A program made the position numbers and the translations under genes. This document shows positions 13,370-27,254 of a stretch of 60,054 nucleotides of DNA, one piece after another. This DNA comes from Catajapyx aquilonaris (taxonomy: Eukaryota), in contig KZ537989.1 of assembly GCA_000934665.2 (NCBI GenBank), positions 124,001-184,054 on the forward strand, read 5' to 3'. Within the stretch, counting starts at the first letter, position 1. Each line of letters opens with the position of its first letter. The notes below the pieces were generated by a model. That model was not told where the DNA came from and ran no database searches. It was given only the letters and a program-made list of their open reading frames with translations.

Positions 13370-14099
13370 TAAACCTAGATATAGGTAGTAATTTGCGTCC
13401 AAGTCAAGCCGGAGCCCGATATGCAAGGGCTTGGGCTCCAACGCTGCCAATTCCGAGCGGCTGCAACATCCGATCTGCGCCAGGGAAACAAACCCAAAAT
13501 CCCTGCCGAATGAAATATTCACGAGGCAACATTGGTGGGAAAGAGCATCGCCATCAGAAAGGTTTTCCCGGATGCCGACTGCGTATCTCCCAACCCCCAT
13601 GTTCTTCCAACACCAAGTTCCTCTGGAGGCCATGCCCTTTGCCTTATTCATCCAGCATGGTCCATGGGGCGACACCTTGGGCTTACCCCATCCTAGCACC
13701 TCTTCTTCAAACAGTTTTGCCTGCGGTCACCCAATGTGGACTGTGTCTTCGGGTGTCGCTGGATTATTAATGTCGGCAGCCTCATGCAACTATGCATCCT
13801 CTTTTCGGATCCACACATGTGTATACATAATATCGATTCGGGGCGTGCCGATTCAATCCTCGGGCTTAGAACCGAGCCCTTCTGTAAAACACGGCCACAA
13901 TCGGCATCGGATCCCGACGCTGATCCCGGGCCGCAGATAGATCCAGCGGCCTCCATTTATCGTCCCATTTGGCCCCGCTGCCCTCTGGGATCCCTCAGCG
14001 GCAACTGCAGGGTCCCATCCCAGCAAGCGCGGGCCCAGCTCCCCCTGGGATTAAGTCCGACTTAACGACTTGTTTTATGGACGGGAGGAAGCCATCTTG
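13370..14099 (-). pseudogene. Possible highly degenerate non-LTR (LINE-type) reverse transcriptase fossil
   Basis: Motif-like strings occur in canonical RT order on the minus strand: QDGFLP (14099), LDLSAARD (13946), GKPKVSPHGP..N (13687), YAVGI (13585), FGRDFGF, PLHIG, YLYLG (to 13373). The last five lie in one frame with LINE-like spacing. Recognised by eye only. Confidence 0.27.
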
Positions 14100-17000
14100 T
14101 CCCATACAACAACGCTTTCTCTGCTGGACGCACCGCACGTGGGATTGGACACCAAACGGCCGCGGTTACTGCGACTAAACACTCATTCCTATGTGACAGC
14201 ATTGAAGTATCATTTCTTATTGACTCTCCACTTGGTATATACGACGGCGACAATGTCACGACTGTTCATGAATTATCCGTCCACTTTTCGCGTGTACCTC
14301 AAATCGACCTGGAGGTCAGAGTCCACATTCGCTGCACGCCCTGCTGTTATTGATTAAGGATCTCATCACACCGGACCCTGGCTCTAATTGTTCGTCGGTA
14401 GATGCCTCTAGGTACAGACCAAACCGGAGCGTATGGGATCCGATTATTCCTATTAGGCGCACGCAGCATTTGAAATGTCATCCGCAGTGGGCAATGTTAG
14501 TGAAATGGCCGGTGGCAGACGCCAACGGGCAGTGAGTGCGAACTGTAACCCTGCAAAGTACTCTGCGCGCAATTTCCCCCCTTTTGTATATAGCATGGGG
14601 CAAACACTGCATCTGATATCTGAAACAGCAGCTGTGGGCGCCAGGCAAGCCCCAATTTGGGGCATGGCTTAAGATGGGGCCTAAGGCGCACGCAGCCCAG
14701 AGGGAGCCACTCACTCATGGCAGCCATGCAGTGCGGTCGGCGGCTCTGCAGGAGCAGCCCAGCCGCAGAGAGAAACACCATAAATCCGTGGAAACGACTC
14801 CTCCGAAGTCGGCCTTAATTCGGCTAAATAATGAACCCTTCCCAAAGTGCGATAACTCAGGTCCTTTAGCGCGGGCGGGGCGAAGGGGCGACAACTTGAC
14901 TTTGTTGACGGCCCGGGTCCCCCTCCTTTAAGCACTTTTCTTCCCTCCTCCGATGCTGCTGTCGGAAGAGCGATTACGGTGATTATCTTCCAGAGTACTT
15001 GGGAAACACGGTAATTACTTTACGGCACCATAAAGACTTGGGCTCAAACGGACCACTCCGGAAAAAGGCCTAAGACATGCAGTGCCCTCCTTCCAAGTCA
15101 GGGTTGCCAACACCTGAGCCAGGTCACGTCTAAACCGCACATAAAACGCTCCCAAATGGCATTCTTCTCGAATCATTTCTCTTCTAGTGCGGTCCGTCGT
15201 AATAACCCAGGCTTATGTACGGAGGGGGGACTCAGAAGTGTTCCGCCGAATTCCGTCCATTAGGCCAGCAGACATATCTGCAGGTTATTACAGCTGCGAT
15301 ATTATGTTTACTTCCGGATGCTCCCCACTTTGGAGAGCAGTCTAAATGGGGATGGACTCTAATCCGATAAAGCCTGTTATGAGGTTCGTGAAAAGGCAAT
15401 TCCTCCTCCTCTTCTATTCCCACAGCTACTTCGAAATTCCATTCTGCGGGGGCCCGGATATTCCCATTTTTGCGTTTGTTCCCGGAAAACCCTGCGTGCC
15501 GGATGAAACGCAAATTCAGCATTCTGGTCCATGCGGGATCGTCGGATAGCTTAAGACGTCCATTTCGAAACCCGTCCCTAGAAAGTGTCGGAACTAATTA
15601 GCGGATGAGTCCAGGTTGACGTTATATACCGGGCTTTCCTGTGAAAAGGAGGCATGAACAACGTTTCAGTTTGATGTGTCCGGAAGCGCAGCAAATGTCC
15701 GCCCCATGTCCTCTTCCTACCGTGTCATAAACCAGAGTGACATTCCCTTGCAAAAAAAACAAAAACCCCACAATGTTTCCCCTGGTAGCTAACCATCCCT
15801 CACTCGACAGCCCAATCAGCGAGGGGCTCCCCCAACCCTCTGATTAACTAATCAGGTTAAACATACTAACTCCCCTTGTTATTTTTACTCGGAATAACTG
15901 ACCATCCCGCTCAATGGGAACAAATTGAACGCAATTACTCAAAAGGGGTGCAACTGAATTATTGAGCACCCCTACCAAGTTGGAGGCTAATTACTCACCG
16001 GGACACACGCCGTGTGTGGTATTATTTACGCCCAGGCAACCGCGCCCACCAAAAGTGCAATTATTTCCTCCAATTTGTTGATCAATTATATTCAATTACT
16101 GCCTAATGTGCTTATACTTTGTGACGAGCAGAGGATGCTGCGGTTTCGCTGTGTATCTCGCTTAGTGTACCATATATTGATGTGTGTATACAGACAACAC
16201 AGCACAATTAGCTGACAACTACTATTTTGAACGCATTTATGGCAGGAGTCAGAATGCACCCTGTAGGCCACACCCCTGTTCGCCGCGGCAATTTGAAAGT
16301 GACTCTTTGTACCCCGCCATAATTTATTTGGTGCTGAAAAGTGGTAGAATCCGTGTTCGCACGTGCAAATTTCCCACATCCCAGTATAAATGGTCTGGGA
16401 AAATGATTTCCATTGTTGTCACATAACAAAATTATTCCATTCATTCATTAGCACTTGGAACATTTTTATACCAAAAATTACTCGAACCATTCCCCTAACT
16501 TAACTAAAAAGTAGCGATTTCAAACCATTAGCCGTATTTCATCACCCCGGCGGCCCTTTAAAATTAAAAGTAGTTCTCCTAGACCGCACGTCTCTGATGA
16601 TAGAACCCCCCCTTTTTTTATGTATTTGGCCGTAATGGAGCAGGTTCAAAAATGCCTCCAGGTCGCAGCCGGCGCGTTTTCCCACCATACCCCACCCTGC
16701 TTTTTTTTTTTGGCAACCACAAGAGGAACGAATGGAAAAAACTTGCAAATTCGAATCCCATTGCCGACAAAGCGGCTCGTCCGAAAACCCATTAGGCCTA
16801 TCGACTTTCCGATCACTCAAACTCCTCCGGGGTTCTACACCGGCACTGAAGAAACGATCAAAAAAAAAAAAGAAGAAACGATATAAAAAAGGAAAGGCAG
16901 ACTCCCAATGCGGTTGATGGGCACGCCTCTTTCAACCGTCTGCCTTGGGCTAATGCCACATACTGTATCTACAAGTAAATGGACCTCGTTAATACAACGT

Positions 17001-18010
17001 TCCGAAGACAGATTAAGGTCCTAGAAAAGNGGGGGGGGGGAAGGAATCGAGTTCGGATAGAACTCTCCGGACCTTTTGTGAGCCGCTACTTTGATCCTTA
17101 ATTCGGATAATACATCTTCGCTTCTCTAAAGCAGCCAACTGCATTATTCAACCCACAATCCATATCCGCCCGATTTTGCATATACTATCCATTATATGTG
17201 GAGGCGGTCAAAAAAACCAATAATTATGTGTATATCCTACTTGTATGCCAAACATGTTCAAAATAATTAGCAATCTCATTAAAACCCTGCCCAAACATAA
17301 TTGCAATAATAGCCTCTTGCAAAAAAAAATGTCTCCGGAACATATATTATTGAAATTAGTCTGCAACCAGGCCGTTTCACGACTGACTGGACAGCACTCC
17401 CCTCTAGTGAGGACCGCCACAAGTTCCATACTATTTATAAATCCGCCCACATCGGCTCTGAACCAAATCAAACGTACCACGCAACAAATGGCCTGCATGT
17501 GCTCGTACATTCCGGATCAAAAATGGCCTCCCTAGTGGTCCGGTTCGCAACCCCTTCTGGTCCAGGGTAGATGCGTCATTCTGACTTGAGACTTCTCTAG
17601 CAGACGAATCACCTCCATTTCCCTTTAAATAATTTACGCCCAGCCCCACCGAGATGTCCGGTATCCCCAAAAATTCCTAAACTTTTTTTTTTCTTTCTTA
17701 GGGCTGGTCAATCGAACCGGGTTTAAAAGTCGATCGGGGTTCCGGAGGAAGATCGGTCGCTTGTCGCGGTTTCCGGTGCGGTTGAGGCACGGCCAAATAC
17801 CCTAATGGCCTACCCCCGGATTGTTTCAGGAGCCTTGCATTATTAGTTTACTTGCGCCAGACTCCTTTTTTCGCACATTATTTATAGAATCGATAAAGTA
17901 GTTAGGTAATGAACCGTGCATAGCGACGTGCACTGTAAGCGGAAATTATTACATTTGTTCGGTACAAAAGATACGCATGAATTTGTCAGTTGCATCCTAA
18001 ATGAAAAATT

Positions 18011-18040
18011 AGTTGGCAGTGTTGGCAACAGATGGCGTGG
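18011..18040 (+). promoter_or_regulatory. Dispersed extended CTCF-like motif, copy 2
   Basis: AGTTGGCAGTGTTGGCAACAGATGGCGTGG, 25/30 identical to 57417-57446. Confidence 0.55.
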
Positions 18041-21000
18041 TCTTGTGGTAGTCGTGTGACGGCCTCGACGGAGGCTGCCGATTAGTGGTACTTGTCACTT
18101 GAAATCAATTCTTCAGATCGAATTATGGTTACTGGCGCAGTTCCACAGCAAAAGTTGTGTACCCCAGAAGGGCTTGTCCGCCAACAGACCTCGCAACAAT
18201 TCTTCTTCTTATCCGGCGCCACATTCCATCCTCTTAAAAGCTCCTCTCGCGCCGCCTCACACTAAACTTTCTCCAGATGCCGTCTTCTTAGGTTGGCATG
18301 GCAACCCGAGGGAAAAGTGCTTCCTCGCTTGCTCCCAAGGATGGTTTTTGGAAGAAGGAAAAAAAAAAAGTTCTTCGCCAACTCTTCGGGCCTAACCCGG
18401 CTCTCTCTTTCCATCTTCCCGTCCCTTCCAGATGTGGACACCGACTCTCTTTGCCAACACCTTTTTTTGGGGGTGGTGGGAGGACCAAGGGGGTGTGACC
18501 TAATTATATGAGGATTAAGACCTTGGCCCACAATTGAATTGTTGCGGACATTTAATATGATTTCAACTATAATGTGGTAGCACACCGTATCGGCGCGTGA
18601 AAAGTCAGTTATTGTAACTAGAGACGGCCGCATAAATTGCAAATTAGTCTGGTAAAACCATACGAAAATTCGAGTCTGTCATCGTCTGGTACAAAAAAAA
18701 AGACCCTAACAAAAGCCATGTAGATGACGTGAAACTCAACACTCCCTTCTCCCTTTCAAAGCCTAATTCAATGAACAGACCTATTCATTCCACAACCTTA
18801 ACCCTAATCCGGATCTATTTTTCAACCCTTGAATAATTTAAACATCCTTTTTCGACCCCACAGAATAATTAATTTTCACGTACCTATATATTGTTTGGTT
18901 GTTTCCAGCCAGCAATGGGTCGCAAACCGTCACCTGCAAATAAAACCGGCATTAGCAAAAGGCAACCATTCGCAAACCGGGCCGAGTGGGCCTAATGGTT
19001 TCCGGCAGATACACTGGCAAACAATTATACGGTCGGGCAACAATGCTTGGCACCATTTCGTCAGGCATTTTCTCAGTTGGAGAGTGTGGGGTGTAGACTT
19101 TGCCCCTCTGTGTTTTATGACGGGGATGCGGTAAACATGGACCGTGGTGGCCAGCAACTGCGGAACACATCCAGGGCCGCCCATTTGCCAAAGTTCAACT
19201 TTATGCAAGGCGAATATTTGCGGGCATAAACGCTAATTAACAGTAAATTCAAGCTGGCTCCGGAAACCTGGCGCTTAAGTATCTCTTATAATGTAGGGTG
19301 TTTCATCTTAGTTGTACCCGGCCATATTTTGGTGGCTAAAAATTGGCGGAGTGTACGCACATACAGTCCCGTAAGACCCAAAATCTGGATATGAGTTATG
19401 GAAGAACGGGGCAATTAAGTTGCAACGGTATATTCTTAGGCTGGAAAAGGGGGAAACCAACATGCTTTGCATATTTATGAGAGACAAAGGCGTTTGTTGA
19501 CTGATTTAGTAGGGCGTGAATTCTTATAGTCACGCATGCCACACATACGTGTCTTCCATTTTTACACCCTTCTAAAAAAACACAATTTCGCTGTTGCTGT
19601 CTCAATAAATGCCCCTGGATTAAAACCAGACTTATTTCCCTAATCCCAGCCACACCCCCGTCCAATCCCCAAGTAGAATAATCCTGTTACACCACCATTT
19701 CTCACTTAACCTCTGACCCCAAGAGTCCAATTACCTGCTTAATATCATACGAAATTAATTCACCACTTTGCTCAAAAACTGCTCTCCCGCCTTCTTACGC
19801 ACTTTTCCCTCTCTACGATAATCTATTTGAAGCAAGTGACACTCAGACTAAGCAGATTCAAGGCTGCCATCACCCATGTTATCAGATTTCGAGTGCGTTA
19901 AGATAAGCATCGATAGTCGCTTTAAGGGGGGGAGTTCCCCTGCGGCTCATAATCCGCATTAATTTGGGCCATGAGGGAGGGTTGAGTTAATGACTAAAAG
20001 ATGGCACTGACGTCACTTGGGCTCAAAATTTATGGAAACGTGTCCGGTTTTGACGTGGGAAAGTGATTTTCTAGGACTCTGCGTGACTATAATTCATCGC
20101 GATATATCTCTGTTGGAGATGGATCCAATTTGCTGCAGGGTTCTCATTAATAAAAAGGTGCTTTGTTGCGACGCGTTTACAGCAATTGTTGCAGGCGACT
20201 CTCCTGAGAGTGTCTGGTCGAAGCTCATTTTGAAGGCAAGCAGGCTGATTAAAGCATAATAAAAACAACGAAATGTGCCTGCAGAGAGTTGTAAATTGCC
20301 ACTTTTACAAGTTCGACCCGGGTTCCAAAAAAAAAAAAAGTACAAATATTTTTACAGCCACCTTCCTAATTAAAAAGTCTCATTATTGACTAAAGAAAGA
20401 AACTAATCACTTTCCTCGTCACCTGGGAGAGACATTTCCCGCAGTGGGAATTTTTGTGGTTTGCTAAATTTTCCATTAAACTGGAAATTCAACTCCATTT
20501 TGGTACGTATGAGTCAAAAAAAATTGCAAATTCGATTACCTCCCCACAAAAAAATGTAAAGCGCGGATCATGCATAAGACCTAGAGTAATAGTCCGTTTT
20601 GCAAATGAAGTTGCGTTGGAAATGGGTGCGCTCGGGATGGGGGTGGGTGGCTTATTTCCCCACCTGCAATTACCAGGGCGTACCTGACGCGGCAGGTGAT
20701 TACGAAGCGAGCATAAATTAGGCCTCCTGCTGGAGTGGGCGGTTGGGAGATAAGGTCTTATGGCAAAGTGTGGGGAATGAAACACCCCCCCCCCCNCCCC
20801 ATACCTCCCTCTCTTCTCCTACCCCCACTACCCACCTCCCTTGGTGACGTAGCCAGAAATTAGATTTCGGCCAGGGGCCAACTATGTTTCCTAGGCACGC
20901 TCTTGGCTTCATGCTCAATTTAAGCCTTGTCGGCAGACAGGATACGAGGCGGGTGTTTGAAGTCAGCTATGGGGCGGACCTTGCGACTTGAGCCCAGTTT

Positions 21001-21678
21001 CAATTGAAGTATCAGTCGTTGACTAGGGTCGAATTTTACCAATGTTTCATCCTGGCATGATGCAACCCACACCTTAAATCAAAGTGGACCACTAATTAAT
21101 CGCTAATAGTTCTGGCATGTGGTGAAATTAATAATATAGGTGAGTATAGCAAACATTACAGTTAAAACCCGGGCAGGGAACTGAGCCAGACCTCTCCCAA
21201 CCCACTCGGAAAAGCGGAAAGAGATGGAACCGGGAGATAAGTTGGCGCATAAATCACCAACTAACACAACCTTCCTCCTCCTTCCTCCACAGTCATATTT
21301 TTGTTTTCTAGGCTTAATGCCGCATTAGAAGATAGCGAGCGAAAAGGGTAGCTAGCTAGCTACGGGGGGTTGGGGGGGTCTATATCTGACCCCCTCAGGC
21401 TACTCTTGTAGCCCAAACTTCAGGACACGAGAGATAACTATAGGGGGGGTTGTGCGGCAGGATAATGAAGTGGTTAGGACGGCAGGTCGGTTTTTATGTG
21501 TTACGTACTGGGTGAGCCATGTGTGATCTAAGATGTGTGAATAATTAGCGGTTGTTTGCTCGAGGGCGGTACGAAAGGGGCTTAATATGCTCAGCAATTT
21601 TTTAGTACATGGGCGGATCATGCCAGTCATATTTCATTCTGAGGGAAAGCGCCGTAAGCGAATGTGATACCCGAGAAC

Positions 21679-21692
21679 CCACTAGATGGCGT
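21679..21692 (+). promoter_or_regulatory. CTCF-like core motif
   Basis: CCACTAGATGGCGT, a close match to the CTCF core consensus. It lacks the upstream AGTTG module of the extended copies. Confidence 0.4.
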
Positions 21693-24600
21693 TTGAGCAA
21701 GTTTGTCCGTATCGGCTTGAATTTGCAGTATGGCTATAACCGGCCATTATGATGTACTGAACTTTCTCCCACACTGTAGACAATGACGCTGCACATTCAC
21801 GTCCGAATACCACGCACTATGCAATTCTGAGATTGCACGGAAGTGAAAGCTACAATTGGAATGCGACATATGGCGATGACAATTTTGGCTGACTCGTATC
21901 CTGTCGTTTGCACTGACCCCTTTTCATCTGCTCTCTCGCCTAGCAGACAATACCAATCTGGTGTGATACATTTATCTACATGCTAGAACCTGGCACGAAA
22001 GAAATACCTCCCCGTGTCAGAAACCACTATTTCACTCCCACTAAAACTACCTCCCATCTTTCATCCCATACGAGGCATTTCACAAGCATACTCTCAATAT
22101 CGTCCGGGTCCCTATTTTCCACCGGGTAAAAGAGTTTTGGATTTCCGCCAGCTTGCAACCGTGGAATCGAAAAAAAGGAGAAGCAGACAGGGGTGCAAGA
22201 CAGATTGTTGGTGCTGAGAAAACGTCACCAGATTCTTCCTGCACGTCATCTTAGGCACCGGCAAAAAGAGGATGGTCCACCAAGGACATTATGGTCCTCC
22301 TGGGGACCTGCTTCTTCTTATCTAAACAGCGGTTCCCTCCATGTCACCCCCCCTCCCCCTTCATAGCAATTCTCTAGGCCTCGCATATAGAGAGAGGACC
22401 AATCCTAGCTCTTTTCTACCGCAGAGGACCCTCAGGGGAGCCATATTGGCCGGATTCGAAAATAGAGGTCTCCTACCACAAATTACAAACTGACATTTTT
22501 TTACAAGCACAAAAATTGGAAAGATTTTCTGGCTACGACCTGGATTGGCAGGTCTGGGAAGGCTAATGGTAGCCGTAACTTTCTAGTCGTAAATACCCTC
22601 CAAACAATTACCAGGGAACAACCCATTCTAAAGTGAGGATCTGTAAAAACAATGTGAGGTATAAATATGCGGAGTGAAATAAAGTTCTCGGATGGTGGAT
22701 GCATAAAAATAGGCCTATCCACGTTGTAAACGGATCATTGTCGACCTTTTACGGCTTTAAACACTTCCTACACTAAATTCCGGAAAAGATTACACCCAGT
22801 GCAATCTGTACCATGATTCGTTATTGATTTGGCCATTTTATACCCAACTCCGACATGCTGCAAATAAACAACTCCGAGCTCGTACTGCAGTAACCATTCA
22901 CAATTGACACTTACTCAAAGCTTCCACCTCCCCCAAAAAATGATGCAAATACCTCAATATTGTAAGCCGATTACTAGTAAAAATAAATATGCACGTTGTC
23001 ATATTTTCATCCCGATTTTCATCCCACAATCCATGCTTTGGCCAGTAGTATTTAGGGAATAAAAATAATCATCGAGAGCGCACATTCTTCTAAAGCTATT
23101 AGCCTAATATTCAGGCCAAGCCTGCCGCAACGTCACTTTGTAATGTGTGTAACACACACACATGGAGGTTACCCCCATCTCTCCTCCCCTTATCGAATAA
23201 GCCTCTCATTTCAGCAACACATGACGTGTTTAGTCAGATTAGGCTGGTGCACACACAGACATACACATACTGCACAGAGGGGGTTAATAGGTATATGGCC
23301 TGAGGTGTGGTCTTTTTTATCCTTCCCGCGTTGTTTTGCACATCCATGAATTTTAATGAACAAGAGAAGCCATTACCTTATTTCCAAGTGGCACACCGTG
23401 TTATTTTCAGAGTTTGTGCCCAGCTTCTAGTTATATATACAGAGTAGGAGGGGGTATAACGTAGCATCCATCCGCCGACTTTTAATCAGGCTAACGAAAC
23501 CTCGCACGGAGGAAAAGTGGGGCTGGGGGAATTTGTATGCAAATCGGGAAGGTTGGTAGGGGGCCTTGCCTATGATAACACCAAATGGCCCTCCAGGATG
23601 AAGCTTCTGGGAGGCATCCTCAGGAGCAGCTTCCCAAAAACTGTGGACTCGCCTCATTTGCTACCGTTTCTCACACAACGGTCACGATTTTGGCGGGAAG
23701 GAAACGGGGACTATAGACAGGCCTATCTATAGTATGACGCTGGCGGTCAATACAAAATAGACGTCAATGCTACTAATATTTACTAGGAGGTCACACACTG
23801 AATGCGAATTATTTTGCATTCTATGCAATGAGGTCATGCGTTTGTATCATTTGAATAAATGTTCGACAGCTTTTTATCAGAGCTTGCACATTGAATATTT
23901 CCGCTCTACATGGGCCGTGTTTCATAATTGTATTTCACATATGGTTATATTGGACAGAAAACATGGCAACCCGCATAAAAAAGAGGGACGTGCAATAATA
24001 AGCTGCGTCCTTCGCATGCACCGCAGTTGGTTGATTTTGCAAATACCATTATTTTTTGGTCGTCAGAAACAATCACCGGGATGATGTACATGGTGAGGGG
24101 GGAGGTTTACGAGCACCAATAAATTCCCGCAACTCATCACAACTGCACCTGTACATTAATTAGCATTGAAAATTATGGCCAGGAAATGGCGAAATCTTCG
24201 CATATAAAACCTCACATCCAGTTACTTGGGATAATTTTAAGTGCCTCGCCGCCACTCCAAACGCATCTCCTTTACGACTCTTATCACCTGAGGATTTTTT
24301 TTTTCAGTCTCTCTCTACTTCATCCCTTTTCCAAGTGCAGGCTCCCAACTTTTGGAGTTCACCCGCTCGAGAAGATAAAACTTCGGGTCTAAAATTAAAA
24401 TTTTCCCTTCCTCAACTAGGTCGCAAGGGTTAGGTCGTGCAATTTCTAGGTCTCATTCCAGTCAAGGGTCAGCATCAAGTTCGTTTAAGTTACCAACGCA
24501 CACTCGGAATGTCCTTAGAAATAAATAAACGTTTGATCTGATAGATTACCCACGCCCCGTGCCTACCTGGCTCGAGTAATCCATCAGTCGTACCCACGCG

Positions 24601-27217
24601 GGAATTCAAACTTTTATGGCCGACCTTTATCACCGCTGTGCCTATACAATGCTCTGACGTCCTAACCAAAAGCGCCGTGTAATACTCTTATCGGAAACGA
24701 GCTTTCCCTGCATCGACAACCAACTTTGGTTTTCATTAAACCGATTCTTATTAGGAATTAATCTACTTAACCCAAAGCAATCAGGGTTGACGGAAGGGCT
24801 GCGTTAATTTGTCTCCACGAAATTCCTTGCAGAGTCAACAATTAAAAAGTGCCGGTACAGGACACACCCAACTTACACTTGTATCCGATCCACCTGATCC
24901 CCAGGAGGCAACTGGTCATACAGGTCTTCCTAGTCACGGATAATCTGGGCTTGATGAATAAACCGCCGCCCATGCAAATGACTACGCAAACCTCCGCGAA
25001 ACCGCACGTGCCGTGACATCATGTTGTGAATGTCGTGGAAAACAATGCAGGTTTTGTTCTATTCTGAGCTGAATATTCCAGGTTGTAGTCACCATGGTGG
25101 CAACTTTTATTCAGCCGTTTCCCGCAACTTGCAGGCTGACTAACCCATTCAAGCAGGCGTTAAACCTGCGGAGAAATAATGAGATGTTAAAACTAGGGTC
25201 ATGCATCAAGATTAACGCTGTCCTCCAGGCCCAACATAATGGCACAAATCCTTCGCAATCGTTTCCGACCCGCTAAAAGGAGCTCCGTGTGAACTAGCAA
25301 AAATGGCGACCTTTGGTACTGTGCATGGGATAAACAAGATAATGAGTCGATAAGGTGGTTGAACGAACCCAGTTTCTTCATAGTGTGTATGACTCTATTG
25401 TTATAGTCTGACGATGTTATCACGTAACTTAAGGCGTAATGTGCTGGGGTCGGTTCTGGGAAATGTCAACAGTGGAGCCATGATGCTCATGGAAGTGTGT
25501 GTGTCAGGGATCGATGGCCATACCGTTTCGTGTTATTCAGACATGTCTGAAGGGAGGGTCACAAGAAACAAAGCGTTCTTCCAGCCGAGTTGGCAGTCCT
25601 CCACAAGTGATATGAATCGCCCTTTTCTTTACTGAAAGTGTGTTTTAATCCAATTAACTAGGTTTTCCCGATGGTCCGAGATGGCGGTAGAAACCGCGAA
25701 TCCACGGTTTTCTAAAGCAACTTTTGGAAATGAAAACCCGGGTTTTTTTGCTGCCCATTTGTTTCTAAAGCAGCAAAGACGTTGTTGGTCTTATGCCAAG
25801 TCGCACTTCCTCCTTCATTCATTTGCTCAAAAGGAAAGGGTGTTTACTTCTCCAAAGGAAATGACTGCCTCAGCACACTCCGGAGAACATACATCTGGAA
25901 AGTCGTACTTGACACCAAACAAATTGACTCAATCCAGCAACAATTTTTTGGGAACGAGTACATATTCGGTTCCAACTTAAATTCCAGGAATTCTCGATTG
26001 CTTCGCGCTAACAGATGAAGAAACATCTCAACACACAAAGGATGAAATCGGTCTCGAAATTGGTTCTCTTATACTTCCATATTCCCATCGGACTTTCTGT
26101 TCATTTCCCCGTATTGTGTGCTGAGATAGGAAAATTTTTGGCATTCCAATTCTCTGTCGTTTCGTGCATGGAATATCTCCTTTACTTCTTTTTTTATAGC
26201 TTCCAACTTACTTGCAAGATAAATCCTGGTACGCGAAACATTTTAGACGTCACTATGAGAAACTTATTTCCTGGAACGCCTATTTCTATTCCCACACTTT
26301 CACTGAAAATGAACGATTAGAAGCCCGCTTCCAATATTTTTCCCCCGCAAACGAAACCTATCAAAAGCTAGTTAGGTTTCTAGTTTTCGGGTTGGCTAAC
26401 GAGGCGTACTGCGTATTTTTCCTCTCCATTTGATACCCGATATCCTGGCTGGCAAGGCCCAGAATGATCAACACCCGCAGCCATAACAATTAACGATCCA
26501 AACTTGGCAACCCTAGTTCGGACAAGCATTGTGCAATTGATAAGATTACCAAATCAAGTTTGCGCCCCCCCCTCGAACTTTGGATAGCATCTATAAAGGC
26601 GGGCTAGAGTACCCATCATGACCGATTTCCAGCTCTGAAACCGATTCCAAGTTGCAGACTTTCCAAAAAAAAAGCCTTTTGCCTTTGCGTCTCTAGCAAC
26701 CTCCCCCTTTTCCCTTAGTAACCCGATTAAGGCGGCGAGGACCGAACGGGAAAGAAGCTCCTCGTTTTGTCACTGATCGTCGTCTGGAGGTTTCTCCTGC
26801 AAGATTCTAATTGGAGCTAATTGGAAGGAGCAGCAGCTTCTGAGAAGCAACCCTCCTTTTCCTTTTCAGCCCTGCTCTTCTGAGCTGCGTCTACGTCCAA
26901 TTCAATTGCCCTTCAGCAAGAGCTCCGCCCGACTACGAATCATTTTCTCCTAGCTCCTGCCCACCAATTAATTCTTCGCTCCATTTCTCACTCGCAGCCT
27001 GGAAACCTACACTGCACCATGGCAGTCACAACGTCTTGACTGAATTTATAACGGAACACAAGGCAGGCAATATGGGCTTCCAGATGTTTCCTCTGGTGGT
27101 GCAGGCCCCAGGCGCATTGGTTCAAATCCTTATGAACCTAACTTGTGATATTTGATCTCCTGACGTAAGTAAACAGCGGTTGTGGACAACCTCATCTGAG
27201 GTTGCCACGAGGCTGGA

Positions 27218-27254
27218 GCATCCACGCCATCTACTGGTAAAACTCCCAACTCGC
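27218..27254 (-). promoter_or_regulatory. Dispersed extended CTCF-like motif, copy 3
   Basis: Plus strand GCATCCACGCCATCTACTGGTAAAACTCCCAACTCGC, 33/37 identical to 6315-6351. Confidence 0.6.

Noticed and set aside
27119..27130. GGTTCAAATCC, tRNA B-box/T-loop-like
   Set aside because: No T-stem, acceptor stem or A-box can be formed.
27127..27148. TCCTTATGAACCTAACTTGTGA, 18/22 match to miR-125 (TCCCTGAGACCCTAACTTGTGA)
   Set aside because: Three of the four mismatches fall in the seed, and no complementary arm follows to form a precursor. Likely chance.
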